DNA of 56,609 nucleotides from a bacterium (GTDB lineage Bacteria; Bacteroidota; Rhodothermia; Rhodothermales; UBA10348): assembly GCA_013204185.1 (NCBI GenBank), contig JABMOI010000015.1, positions 1 to 56,609 of the forward strand, written 5' to 3'. The position numbers and the translations under genes are program-made. The notes beneath the pieces were generated by a model. That model had not been told where the DNA came from. It ran no database searches and worked only from the letters and a program-made list of their open reading frames with translations. Positions 39,388 to 47,769 of the stretch are shown piece by piece (position 1 is the stretch's first letter; every line of letters starts with the position of its first letter).

Positions 39388-42037
39388 CCGGATCGGCCAT
39401 CGCAGCCCGAACGGACTGGAAACTTACCGTCAAGAAGGCGATGAGCATCATGATCACGCCGGCCATAACTAGGAGCTCGATGCCAATGTCTGTGCGGTAA
39501 GCAAAGCGTTCAACCCACTTGTAGGAAATGAAGTAGCCGATTGCTGAAGCAATGATAAAGGACACGAATATGGGCCGCATGGAATCCCCAGACAGCAGCA
39601 TTACCACTTGACGGGACGAGGCGCCCATCGTTTTTCGAATCCCAATCTCTTTGGTTCGCTGCGCTGTGGCAAACGCTGTTAGTCCAGATAGACCAAGGCA
39701 TGCAATCAAAATGGTGAGGATCGCGAAAATGCTAAGGACACGCGTAAGTCGTTGCTCCTCTTCATATTGCAGCGCGAAGTCATCATCCAAAAAGAACGTT
39801 TCGTAGGTAATTCCGGGGAAAAACTGATCCCAAACTCCTGCTATATGGCTCACTACTCCAGCCATTTGGGCGGACTCTACCCGAATCGCGAACAATCCGT
39901 TTGAAGGAGAAATCCCCATCATCATAGGCTCAATAGATTCTTGGAGCCCGTGGTGGTGGTAGTTTTCAAATACCCCAATGACCACACCTTCGGGCTTTCC
40001 TGAGCCAGGAGAAGTGAATCGTTTACCGATGGCTTCTTCCGAAGAGGCCCAGCCAGCTGCTTTCACCGCCTCCTCGTTAATCAAAACGGCAGTGCTTGCG
40101 TCTTGTCCTATTTGCCTGTCGAAAGCGCGGCCAGCAACCATATTGATACCCAAAGTTGGCACCACATCCCAGCCTACGGCCAGGAATTCCAGTCCATAAG
40201 ACCCATCGTTGGGATATCCTTCAGGGAATGATAGCTGCCCTCTCCATCCAGACCTGCCGGGCACGGTCCACATCGAACTCACATTTGAAACAGCTGCGTT
40301 CTCTTTGATGCTTTGCTCAAATGCTTCATATCTGGCATTCCGCTCCGCACCTGGCACTTTGCGGGCATCCACAACCACGACCTGTTCGGCGTCGAAACCA
40401 AGCGGTCTTGACTGCATGTACCGGATTTGGGTATATGCCACGAGCGTTACCACAATGAGGACACCAGACGTAGTGAATTGAAAGCCCACAAGTCCTTTGC
40501 GGAGCCAACCACCGCCGCTTTTAGTGGTCGAAGGACCCTTCATGGCCTCAACCGGATGATATCCGCTCAAGAGCAATGCTGGATAAGCGCCAGATACCAG
40601 CGTGACGCAGGCAAAGATGGCCATTAGCATCCCGAACATTTCCAACGACCAGAGATCTTGGGTGGTGTAAGAACGCTGAACGAGTGAATTGAACAAGGGT
40701 AGAGCTAATCGCGCAATTCCCATTGAGAGAACGGTTGCGCCGAAAGCTGCCAATGCAGAATCAAACAAAAACTGTACAGCAAGAGTTTTCCTGTCTGCCC
40801 CAATCGCTTTTCTGAGCCCGATTTCGCGGGCTCTGGTTGATGCCCGAGCCGTTGTTAAGTTGATAAAGTTGACGCACGCAATAAGGAGCAGAAAGAGACC
40901 AACTGCGCCCAATAAATAGACGTTTCCGAGGCTGCCACTGGGGCCAAGGAGGTTTCCTTGGTCGGATTTAAGGTAGATGTCTCCATATTTTTCTAAACCC
41001 AACTCGTACTCAATACCGTATTGCTTCATGAGCTCTCCTACCTGCTCCATAGGAAGCGTACGGACCTTTTCTTTGAAGGCTGCTACGTCGACCCCTTCAT
41101 TCAAAACGAGGTAGTTAATCATATTCACGTCGAGCCAACCCTGTGACGTCATTCCAGCGTCAAACCGTTCGGAATCAAATGCTCTAAAGGTCTCAAGGGA
41201 CATGAGTCCGCCAAACTGGATATGAGAGTTCCTTGGCACATTGACTACACCCGTGACTGAAAACTGCAACGAGTCCCTAAGTACGATCTGCCGCCCAGCC
41301 GCGTCTTGCGTTCCAAACAACCGCTCCGACAATTCTGAACTCAATACAATGGAGTAGGCCGTTTCAAGGGCGCTTTGAGGGCTCCCCGACACAAAATCGT
41401 AATCGAACACATCAAAAAAGGCATTATCCGCGTAAAAAAGTGTTTCGTAGAGCGTTTGGTCCTGGTGCTTGATCGGAAACGTGGGGTATGACCGCATGTA
41501 GGTTACCCGTTCAACTTCTGGGTACTCTGCCTCCAAGATCTTCCCGTATGGCCAGCCTACCGTAGACGAACCTAAACGGTAAATGCGGTCCTCTTTTTCG
41601 TGGAGTCCCTTGTCGAAGCTCAGCTCTTGGCGAACAAAGAGAACCATCAACAGGCAGCCGGCTAAGCCAACAGCCAATCCACCTATGTTGATAGAGGAAA
41701 AAACAGGATGCTTGCGCATGTACCGAAACGAAGTGAGAGAATAGTTCTTGGCCATGGCCCAAAACCATCTCCAATCTGTTTTCACTGATGTCTTGATACG
41801 TCCCATTCCAAATCTCACTTTCTTGTATTCAGGTTCTAATTCTGTAAAGTCTCCAAGACGCGACTGCGCTTTACGGTAGGCTTCTTCTTCGCCCAATCCT
41901 TCTTCAATTCCGGTCTCTACCGCGTCCCGGAGGTGGTTTTCGAGCTCGTCCAAATCGTCATCAGAAAAGGAGCGGTTTAGCTTTAAGCTTTGGCGCCAGG
42001 ATGCGATAGCAACGTCTAATTTGAATGTGTATGACAT
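39365..42037 (-). CDS. Duplicated MacB/FtsX-type ABC permease with N-terminal permease prefix domain (ADOP-like)
   Basis: Prefix W...L......D.DELENHL.D...G...EEA...A..RLG; two FtsX units (IACVNFINL..AR...R.REIG.RK..GA and RTKEIGIRK.MGA); ends DPVKSIRY. Confidence 0.9.
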   Translation of the reverse strand: MSYTFKLDVAIASWRQSLKLNRSFSDDDLDELENHLRDAVETGIEEGLGEEEAYRKAQSRLGDFTELEPEYKKVRFGMGRIKTSVKTDWRWFWAMAKNYSLTSFRYMRKHPVFSSINIGGLAVGLAGCLLMVLFVRQELSFDKGLHEKEDRIYRLGSSTVGWPYGKILEAEYPEVERVTYMRSYPTFPIKHQDQTLYETLFYADNAFFDVFDYDFVSGSPQSALETAYSIVLSSELSERLFGTQDAAGRQIVLRDSLQFSVTGVVNVPRNSHIQFGGLMSLETFRAFDSERFDAGMTSQGWLDVNMINYLVLNEGVDVAAFKEKVRTLPMEQVGELMKQYGIEYELGLEKYGDIYLKSDQGNLLGPSGSLGNVYLLGAVGLFLLLIACVNFINLTTARASTRAREIGLRKAIGADRKTLAVQFLFDSALAAFGATVLSMGIARLALPLFNSLVQRSYTTQDLWSLEMFGMLMAIFACVTLVSGAYPALLLSGYHPVEAMKGPSTTKSGGGWLRKGLVGFQFTTSGVLIVVTLVAYTQIRYMQSRPLGFDAEQVVVVDARKVPGAERNARYEAFEQSIKENAAVSNVSSMWTVPGRSGWRGQLSFPEGYPNDGSYGLEFLAVGWDVVPTLGINMVAGRAFDRQIGQDASTAVLINEEAVKAAGWASSEEAIGKRFTSPGSGKPEGVVIGVFENYHHHGLQESIEPMMMGISPSNGLFAIRVESAQMAGVVSHIAGVWDQFFPGITYETFFLDDDFALQYEEEQRLTRVLSIFAILTILIACLGLSGLTAFATAQRTKEIGIRKTMGASSRQVVMLLSGDSMRPIFVSFIIASAIGYFISYKWVERFAYRTDIGIELLVMAGVIMMLIAFLTVSFQSVRAAMADPVKSIRYQ

Positions 42038-42044
42038 GACGACC

Positions 42045-42401
42045 TCAAACGGAAAGAGTTAGTTGAGCTTCAGGACCCCAAAGACGGATGAACATGGCGT
42101 TCACGCTGAACCAGCTTTGTTTTTCGGCTTCAAGAGCCTGCAAACCGGCGGGTAAAATGCGGTAATACTTGCGTTTTCGACCTGATTCTGGCGTTTTCCA
42201 GAACGACTCGATCAGCTTTTCATCCTCTAACCGGTGCAAGACCGGATAAAGCATGCCTTCTTTCCAGTCCATCACTCCATCGGAAAGTTCGGCCACATTT
42301 TGGATGATGGCATAACCATACGAGTCAGAACGTGCCAAAATGGAGAGCAGAATAGGCCGCGTGGAGGCGCCGGCGAGTTCTTTTGAAATGGAGTGATTCA
42401 T
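42045..42401 (-). CDS. PadR family transcriptional regulator
   Basis: SYGYAI, EGMLYPVLHRLE and RKRKYYRI motifs; 7 bp upstream of the permease. Confidence 0.93.
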   Translation of the reverse strand: MNHSISKELAGASTRPILLSILARSDSYGYAIIQNVAELSDGVMDWKEGMLYPVLHRLEDEKLIESFWKTPESGRKRKYYRILPAGLQALEAEKQSWFSVNAMFIRLWGPEAQLTLSV

Positions 42402-42450
42402 AGGACAACGAAATCAAATGTGTAAGCGCTTGTCGTGATGTTGAGCATCA

Positions 42451-42501
42451 ACCCTAAAACTTCTAGGCACTACGGAAGGGGATACATAAAAGTTATAGGT
42501 A
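42451..42501. promoter_or_regulatory. Two related palindromic boxes upstream of padR (candidate PadR operators)
   Basis: ACCCTA-aaacttc-TAGGCA (42451-42469) and TACATA-aaagtta-TAGGTA (42483-42501). Confidence 0.45.
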
Positions 42502-42590
42502 AGTAAAATATTTTAGCAAAAAGGGCAGGAATCGAATATGTTAGCAGCTTAACGTCATTGAGAACTCGGCTCCTTTAATTCCTGCCAAAT

Positions 42591-43388
42591 ATGTCATTCA
42601 AACCCTTCTTTTTTGCTTCCCTTCTCACGGCTGCTGTGCTCATTAGCGGCTGCAGCGATGCCCCTGGGGAGGCTACCAATCTCGCGGGTCAGGATACCCT
42701 GCGCATCTTGGCGTATAACATTCATCATGGCGCGGGGATGGATCTTGAGCTAGACTTAGATCGAATTGCGAAACTAATTCGGGACCTAAACCCCGATCTC
42801 GTTGCACTGCAAGAGATTGACTCCATAGTAACACGAACTGAAGGGGTAGATCAGGCTGCGGTTCTGGGGCGTTTGACTGGCATGGAATCGGTCTTTGGTG
42901 AATTCATGCCGTACCAAGGGGGCAAATACGGAATGGCTGCTATGTCCAAATGGCCCATCATCCAGAGCACCAATCACAGGTTGCCAGATGGGTCCGAGCC
43001 AAGGTCCTCCGTGGCTCTTCATGTCAAGTCTCCCAAGACGGGGCGCGAGCTTCACTTTGTGAGCATCCATTTCTACGAAACCGAATCGGAGCGATTGGCT
43101 CAGGCCCAGGCATTGGCCGGCTTTTATGAAGGGGTCGAAGAGCCCGTGATCCTGGCCGGAGACTACAACTCCGAGCCAGATTCACCCGTCATTGCGTTCC
43201 TCAAACAGCAATGGGGCTTTGTAGACAAAGGCGAAAACCACTTCACGTTCTCGTCCTTCGAGCCGGTAAAAGAAATTGACTACTTCGCGCTCCGCCCCTT
43301 CGACGCATTCACCGTAATCGATCAGTTTATTGTTGAAGAACCCGTGGCCTCGGACCATAGCCCGATATTTATAGAAGTCGTTTGGTAG
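42591..43388 (+). CDS. Endonuclease/exonuclease/phosphatase family lipoprotein
   Basis: Lipobox ISGC; YNIHHG, DLVALQEID, ILAGDYN, IDY and SDH motifs. Confidence 0.92.
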   Translation: MSFKPFFFASLLTAAVLISGCSDAPGEATNLAGQDTLRILAYNIHHGAGMDLELDLDRIAKLIRDLNPDLVALQEIDSIVTRTEGVDQAAVLGRLTGMESVFGEFMPYQGGKYGMAAMSKWPIIQSTNHRLPDGSEPRSSVALHVKSPKTGRELHFVSIHFYETESERLAQAQALAGFYEGVEEPVILAGDYNSEPDSPVIAFLKQQWGFVDKGENHFTFSSFEPVKEIDYFALRPFDAFTVIDQFIVEEPVASDHSPIFIEVVW

Positions 43389-43504
43389 GCAGCTTGGTGC
43401 CGCTGCTGTGCCGCTGTTGTGTCCCCACTCGGTTCCAAATGCAGTGCCTACAAATATTTTTTCGTCTTCAGAAACTTCTGCAAATTGCGATGTAGAATCG
43501 GAAA

Positions 43505-44014
43505 ATGACACGGCCGTCACATATCCGATTGGGTGAAGTGAGTGCGTTCAAAAGAACGTACTGCTGCATTGCATTGTTGGTTGCTTTTTTTAACGCTTCG
43601 ATTCTGGCGCCGTTCTCTTTCTCGTTGCAGCCCAAGGAGTTAGGAACTGGTTCAATCAGCCCTTCCGCTGAAATAAGTACGCAACAGACTCGTATAGATA
43701 GGCATGATCCTACTCACTTGTTTGATGCCGACGAATCAAGTGAACTTGCCAACGACTTAAACCATTCGGATAACCTTTTTCCAGAAGGCCAATTGTTGGT
43801 TGCCCAGCCAGTGTACTCCGTGCACGCGCTCCCTCAGACGTTCCAGCAAATAAGCAGCAGAACCGAGGTTCGAGCTCCTGCCTCGGAAGAAGATTCCCTT
43901 GCGCCGAAAATGAAAGGAATTCCGATTTCTCATTTTCAGAATGAAGACGCCTCTTTCTGGGCCTCTTCCGTAACACGCGTTCAGCCCAGCTCCTTGCGGG
44001 TATATCGTATCTAG
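43505..44014 (+). CDS. Hypothetical protein (signal/TM segment plus low-complexity region)
   Basis: 169-aa ORF with a hydrophobic N-terminal stretch and Ser-rich body; ends LRVYRI. Confidence 0.45.
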   Translation: MTRPSHIRLGEVSAFKRTYCCIALLVAFFNASILAPFSFSLQPKELGTGSISPSAEISTQQTRIDRHDPTHLFDADESSELANDLNHSDNLFPEGQLLVAQPVYSVHALPQTFQQISSRTEVRAPASEEDSLAPKMKGIPISHFQNEDASFWASSVTRVQPSSLRVYRI

Positions 44015-44141
44015 CCGGTACTGATGAGGGGCCTTCCTCTCGTCCATTTCTCCTGTCAATCCTCTGTTTCAGAAGTCTTTCACCTGCAGAGGTCCCACAC
44101 TACCGTGCTTCACATTTTGCGCTGCAACGCGCCATATCGCC

Positions 44142-44414
44142 ATGAGCATTTCCGAATTAAAAAAAACTAGAGTGAGTTCACCTCATCCTGTGCATTCATT
44201 TTCACCTGCTGTCTCTGCAAAATCGTCCTCTGCCAAACCAGTGGTAGCTAAGCCAGTGTTGGCTAAAACCATTGTTCCACCTGGGAAAAAGTCAACCCAG
44301 ACCACCCCCCCTGTTCAGCCGGACGACAGTCGATTGATGATTGTGCTGACCGTGATCTTGGTGGTCGCTATCGGGCTGATTGGGATTCTGTTTTCCACCA
44401 TTCTAGGCGCATAA
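44142..44414 (+). CDS. Hypothetical tail-anchored membrane protein
   Basis: Lys/Pro/Ser-rich N-terminus and one C-terminal TM helix; followed by a strong hairpin. Confidence 0.55.
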   Translation: MSISELKKTRVSSPHPVHSFSPAVSAKSSSAKPVVAKPVLAKTIVPPGKKSTQTTPPVQPDDSRLMIVLTVILVVAIGLIGILFSTILGA

Positions 44415-44423
44415 ATCCGATGG

Positions 44424-44459
44424 GTGCGCAGACCAGACCCGTGGGTCTGGTCTGCGCAC
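44424..44459 (+). terminator. Long perfect hairpin between co-directional genes
   Basis: GTGCGCAGACCAGACCC-gt-GGGTCTGGTCTGCGCAC, no U tail. Confidence 0.55.
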
Positions 44460-44490
44460 ATCCACGCTACTTAGCACGTTCAATACAACT

Positions 44491-46122
44491 ATGAATTCAT
44501 CTAACGAAGCCTGGGGCAGCCGAATTGGTCTCATTTTAGCCATGGCGGGGAATGCGGTTGGCCTCGGTAACTTCCTCCGGTTTCCTACTCAGGCAGCCAA
44601 CCACGGTGGAGGCTCCTTCATGATCACCTATTTCATCGCCCTGTTGTTACTGGGTATTCCTCTGATGTGGATTGAGTGGGGAATTGGGAGAAATGGGGGA
44701 TTGTACAGAAAAGGGCACATTCCGGGTATGTTTGCGGCCTTGTGGAAACACCCTGCAGCCAAATATCTGGGAGCCATAGGCCTTGTCATTCCTTTTATCG
44801 TCCTCACCTATTACACCTACATCGAAAGTTGGACGCTTGCATATACCTTCTTTTCCATAACAAAGGGCTATTGGGGGGTAGAATCGCAAGCCGGAATGAC
44901 AGACTTCCTTCACGCCTACCAAGGGATAGGAAGTCCGGGTATGGCCGCCCTTTGGCTCCCGTTTCTGTTTTTCTGCCTCACCCTTGTTATTAATATCTGG
45001 GTCGTCTCAAAAGGGATATCCGGAGGGATTGAGAAGCTTGCAAAAATTGGCATGCCCATTCTATTTGTGTTTGCGGCCGTTTTAGCCGTTGTGGTGTTGC
45101 TTTTACCCGCTCAACCTGAGGTGGGCACAACGGCCGCAGACGGACTCAACTTCATTTACCGACCCGATCTTTCGGGCCTCGGCGATGCGGGTGTCTGGCT
45201 TGCTTCTGCAGGACAAATCTTTTTCACGTTGTCCGTAGGTATGGGATCGTTGCAAACGTATGCGTCCTACCTCCGAAAAAAAGACGACATTCTGCTCTCC
45301 GGGATTGCAACAGCTGCAACCAACGAAACAGCGGAAGTCGTTTTAGGTGGTACAATTGCCATCCCAGCAGCTGTGATTTTTTTCGGAGTGACTGGAGTAA
45401 CCCAAATTGCTGCTTCAGGGGCATTCAACCTAGGTTTTGCTACCATGCCGCTCGTGTTTATGCAACTCCCACTGGGTCATTTATTGGGATTTATGTGGTT
45501 TGGATTGTTGTTTTTTGCAGGCATTACCTCTTCCGTAGCCATGGCGACCCCCATTATGGCTTTTTTCAGAGAAGAGTTTGGCTTCAAACGAGAGCGCGTC
45601 GCATGGACTATCGGTCTGGTTGTTCTGATTGCCGGAATGATGCACATCCGGTTTCTCGAATTTGGTTTTCTGGATGAGTGGGACTACTGGGCGGGCACCT
45701 TTGGACTCGCGCTCTTCGCCACCGTAGAGGTCATTTTGTTTATGTGGGTTTACAAACCTGAAAATGCCTGGAAGTCGATCCATCAAGGCGCAGATATCCA
45801 GCTACCTCGTGTGTTCAAGTTCATCATGACATTCGTGACCCCCGCCTACCTGATCGTGATCCTGCTTTGGTGGGGATACTCAGAGGCGCTACCGATTCTC
45901 ACGCTGGTTAAAAACCCGAATGGAGGGATGTACTCTCCAGAAGTACTTCCCTACGTGCTGCTCTCTCGAGCCATTATCGTTTTTATCCTGATCACATTCC
46001 TGATTTTGATCCGGGTAGCGTGGAAACGAAATGGGTACAACGACCGCGTTGGGTTCCGTGAGGTTCATGAAGATGCACTCGAGTCGGAATCCGCTTTTCC
46101 TTCCCATCAACCCAACAGGTGA
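44491..46122 (+). CDS. Sodium-dependent transporter (NSS/SNF, LeuT-like)
   Basis: W.SR.GLILAMAGNAVGLGNFLRFP, GQIFFTLS.G.G, NE.AEV.LGG and FFAGITSS motifs. Confidence 0.95.
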   Translation: MNSSNEAWGSRIGLILAMAGNAVGLGNFLRFPTQAANHGGGSFMITYFIALLLLGIPLMWIEWGIGRNGGLYRKGHIPGMFAALWKHPAAKYLGAIGLVIPFIVLTYYTYIESWTLAYTFFSITKGYWGVESQAGMTDFLHAYQGIGSPGMAALWLPFLFFCLTLVINIWVVSKGISGGIEKLAKIGMPILFVFAAVLAVVVLLLPAQPEVGTTAADGLNFIYRPDLSGLGDAGVWLASAGQIFFTLSVGMGSLQTYASYLRKKDDILLSGIATAATNETAEVVLGGTIAIPAAVIFFGVTGVTQIAASGAFNLGFATMPLVFMQLPLGHLLGFMWFGLLFFAGITSSVAMATPIMAFFREEFGFKRERVAWTIGLVVLIAGMMHIRFLEFGFLDEWDYWAGTFGLALFATVEVILFMWVYKPENAWKSIHQGADIQLPRVFKFIMTFVTPAYLIVILLWWGYSEALPILTLVKNPNGGMYSPEVLPYVLLSRAIIVFILITFLILIRVAWKRNGYNDRVGFREVHEDALESESAFPSHQPNR

Positions 46123-46126
46123 CCTT

Positions 46127-46228
46127 ATGACGAGCTCTTCTCTTTTGTTTATGATTGGTAGCTGGACCTGTGTTTTGGGACTTGTCTTTTGGTCTTACCG
46201 AGCGATCTTTGCCGTGAGAAAAAAGTAG
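46127..46228 (+). CDS. 33-aa single-TM peptide, probable small subunit of the NSS transporter (MetS-like)
   Basis: MTSSSLLFMIGSWTCVLGLVFWSYRAIFAVRKK; starts 4 bp after the transporter stop. Confidence 0.65.
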   Translation: MTSSSLLFMIGSWTCVLGLVFWSYRAIFAVRKK

Positions 46229-46233
46229 GTACC

Positions 46234-46275
46234 AACCGCGTCTAGTAACCGCGTCTAGTAACAGGGTCTAGTAAC
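46234..46275 (+). repeat. 13-bp tandem repeat x3
   Basis: AACCGCGTCTAGT, AACCGCGTCTAGT, AACAGGGTCTAGT, AAC. Confidence 0.8.
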
Positions 46276-46324
46276 ATTGGGCTTCGATGTGCATCCAAAC
46301 AGGCAACCTAGACCGAGATGCATT

Positions 46325-46600
46325 ATGTCGCTAGTAACTCCTACGATTAACGAAGACTACATTCCCATTAGCTGCACGTTTCACGACCGTTTGGAGGATT
46401 ACTCGATTCGGGGATCCACCATTGCAGTCCGCTATTTGGAGAATGAAGAATTCGTAGAAGCGGAAGCCCAAATTGCAGATGTTTATGCAAAAGATGGGGC
46501 TGATTTTGCCAAACTCAGACTAACGAGTGGATCCGAGGTTGTGGTGCGCTTGGACCGGTTGCTCTCCGTGAACGGTTTCGATCTGCCAACGGCTTGTTAG
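46325..46600 (+). CDS. rof: Rho-binding antiterminator (Rof/YaeO family)
   Basis: Y.PISC.FHD.LE, D.....G.DF..L and VRLDRL motifs; ATG 46325. Confidence 0.75.
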   Translation: MSLVTPTINEDYIPISCTFHDRLEDYSIRGSTIAVRYLENEEFVEAEAQIADVYAKDGADFAKLRLTSGSEVVVRLDRLLSVNGFDLPTAC

Positions 46601-46625
46601 GGCGGAGTCGATGAGCTTGCCAAAG

Positions 46626-47516
46626 TTAGAACGGCAACGGAAACGGCTTTTCCCAAACATAATGATAGAGCCCTACTCCACCCCATATGCCTAATCCGTT
46701 TTTAACGTTGGACAGAACGCCTGGCTGAGCCAAAATTTCAGGATCAAAAACACCTTGTGGCGGATCCCAATTAGCGTCTAGCACGCGAACTTGAAGCACT
46801 AACGCAAAAAATCGAGGTAGGGAATCGGCTGGAGTCAATCCTGCCATATCGCGAATTCTGGCAGCATCAAGGGCCGTGTCGATGGTAAACTTCCAGTTTC
46901 CATCTTCAGTTCGGTGGCCCGCACGTCCGTACGGCAATCGAAAATCGCTTCGCTCTAAATCATAGGTTAGGATAATATCCCACGGTGACGCGATTCCAGG
47001 CAACTCAATTTCGCTCGTCAACCCATCGTCCATGTTATACAGGAAGGGAAACGGGCGTTCGGCAGGAATCGGTTCGGGTACAGGGAAGCTAGGGATTGTG
47101 GTCTCGGCGGAAGTAATCATGCTATCCGCACGAATGACCTCCAATCTATACGTCCTACCCGGCCGAACGATAAAGTTAGCCGAGAAAATATGTCCATAGG
47201 CCCCGTCATCAAGGCGCCTAAGGGAATGGTTCCATCTGATTTTCCTCCCCGTCTCTAGGTCCGTCGAATAGACTTGGGCATCGATTTGGGCGTCATCGTC
47301 GAGGGGGGATGTGATTCGCTCAGGAAATCGAGTAACAGGAATGACGCGTACAGAATGATTTTGACTCAGCTCATCTAAGTACCCATATATGGTGAAATAC
47401 TTTTGATCGTTCTCGAACGGGTCAATCTCAGTACTGTCGCAACCTGCCATTGCCAACACAAAACCCATTAAAAGGACCACGGAGTAATTTCTAAAATGGA
47501 AATAAGTGACAGGCAC
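46626..47516 (-). CDS. DUF4249-like lipoprotein
   Basis: Lipobox MAGC; PGRTYRLEV.....TSAETTIP; C-terminal SNVKNGLGIWGG. Confidence 0.65.
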   Translation of the reverse strand: MPVTYFHFRNYSVVLLMGFVLAMAGCDSTEIDPFENDQKYFTIYGYLDELSQNHSVRVIPVTRFPERITSPLDDDAQIDAQVYSTDLETGRKIRWNHSLRRLDDGAYGHIFSANFIVRPGRTYRLEVIRADSMITSAETTIPSFPVPEPIPAERPFPFLYNMDDGLTSEIELPGIASPWDIILTYDLERSDFRLPYGRAGHRTEDGNWKFTIDTALDAARIRDMAGLTPADSLPRFFALVLQVRVLDANWDPPQGVFDPEILAQPGVLSNVKNGLGIWGGVGLYHYVWEKPFPLPF

Positions 47517-47769
47517 GAAAAACTAAATTTTGATGGAAGTGATGGGCTTCACTGAAAAGAAGCATCAACCTTTTCTAAAACAGAAGATAGAGCGGACATT
47601 TGGCGTACGAAAGGCTTTTCTCCGTTCCACAATCATTTCTGCATTTTGTGTGACTTCGTAGGCGAAGGCAGAACAAAAAGCTGATTTTAGACTACATATG
47701 GGCTTGCTGGTAGTTAAAGACTACCGGTATTTGGAATATTCTTCTGTTACTTCTCTGATTTCCGTCCCC

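Noticed and set aside
44020-44060. CTGATGAG resembling a hammerhead ribozyme core
   Set aside because: The required GAAA after stem II is absent (CTC is followed by GTCC), and I could not build the remaining stems.
46234-46275. Repeat considered as a mini CRISPR array
   Set aside because: The units are 13 bp, contiguous and have no spacers; no cas genes in the window.
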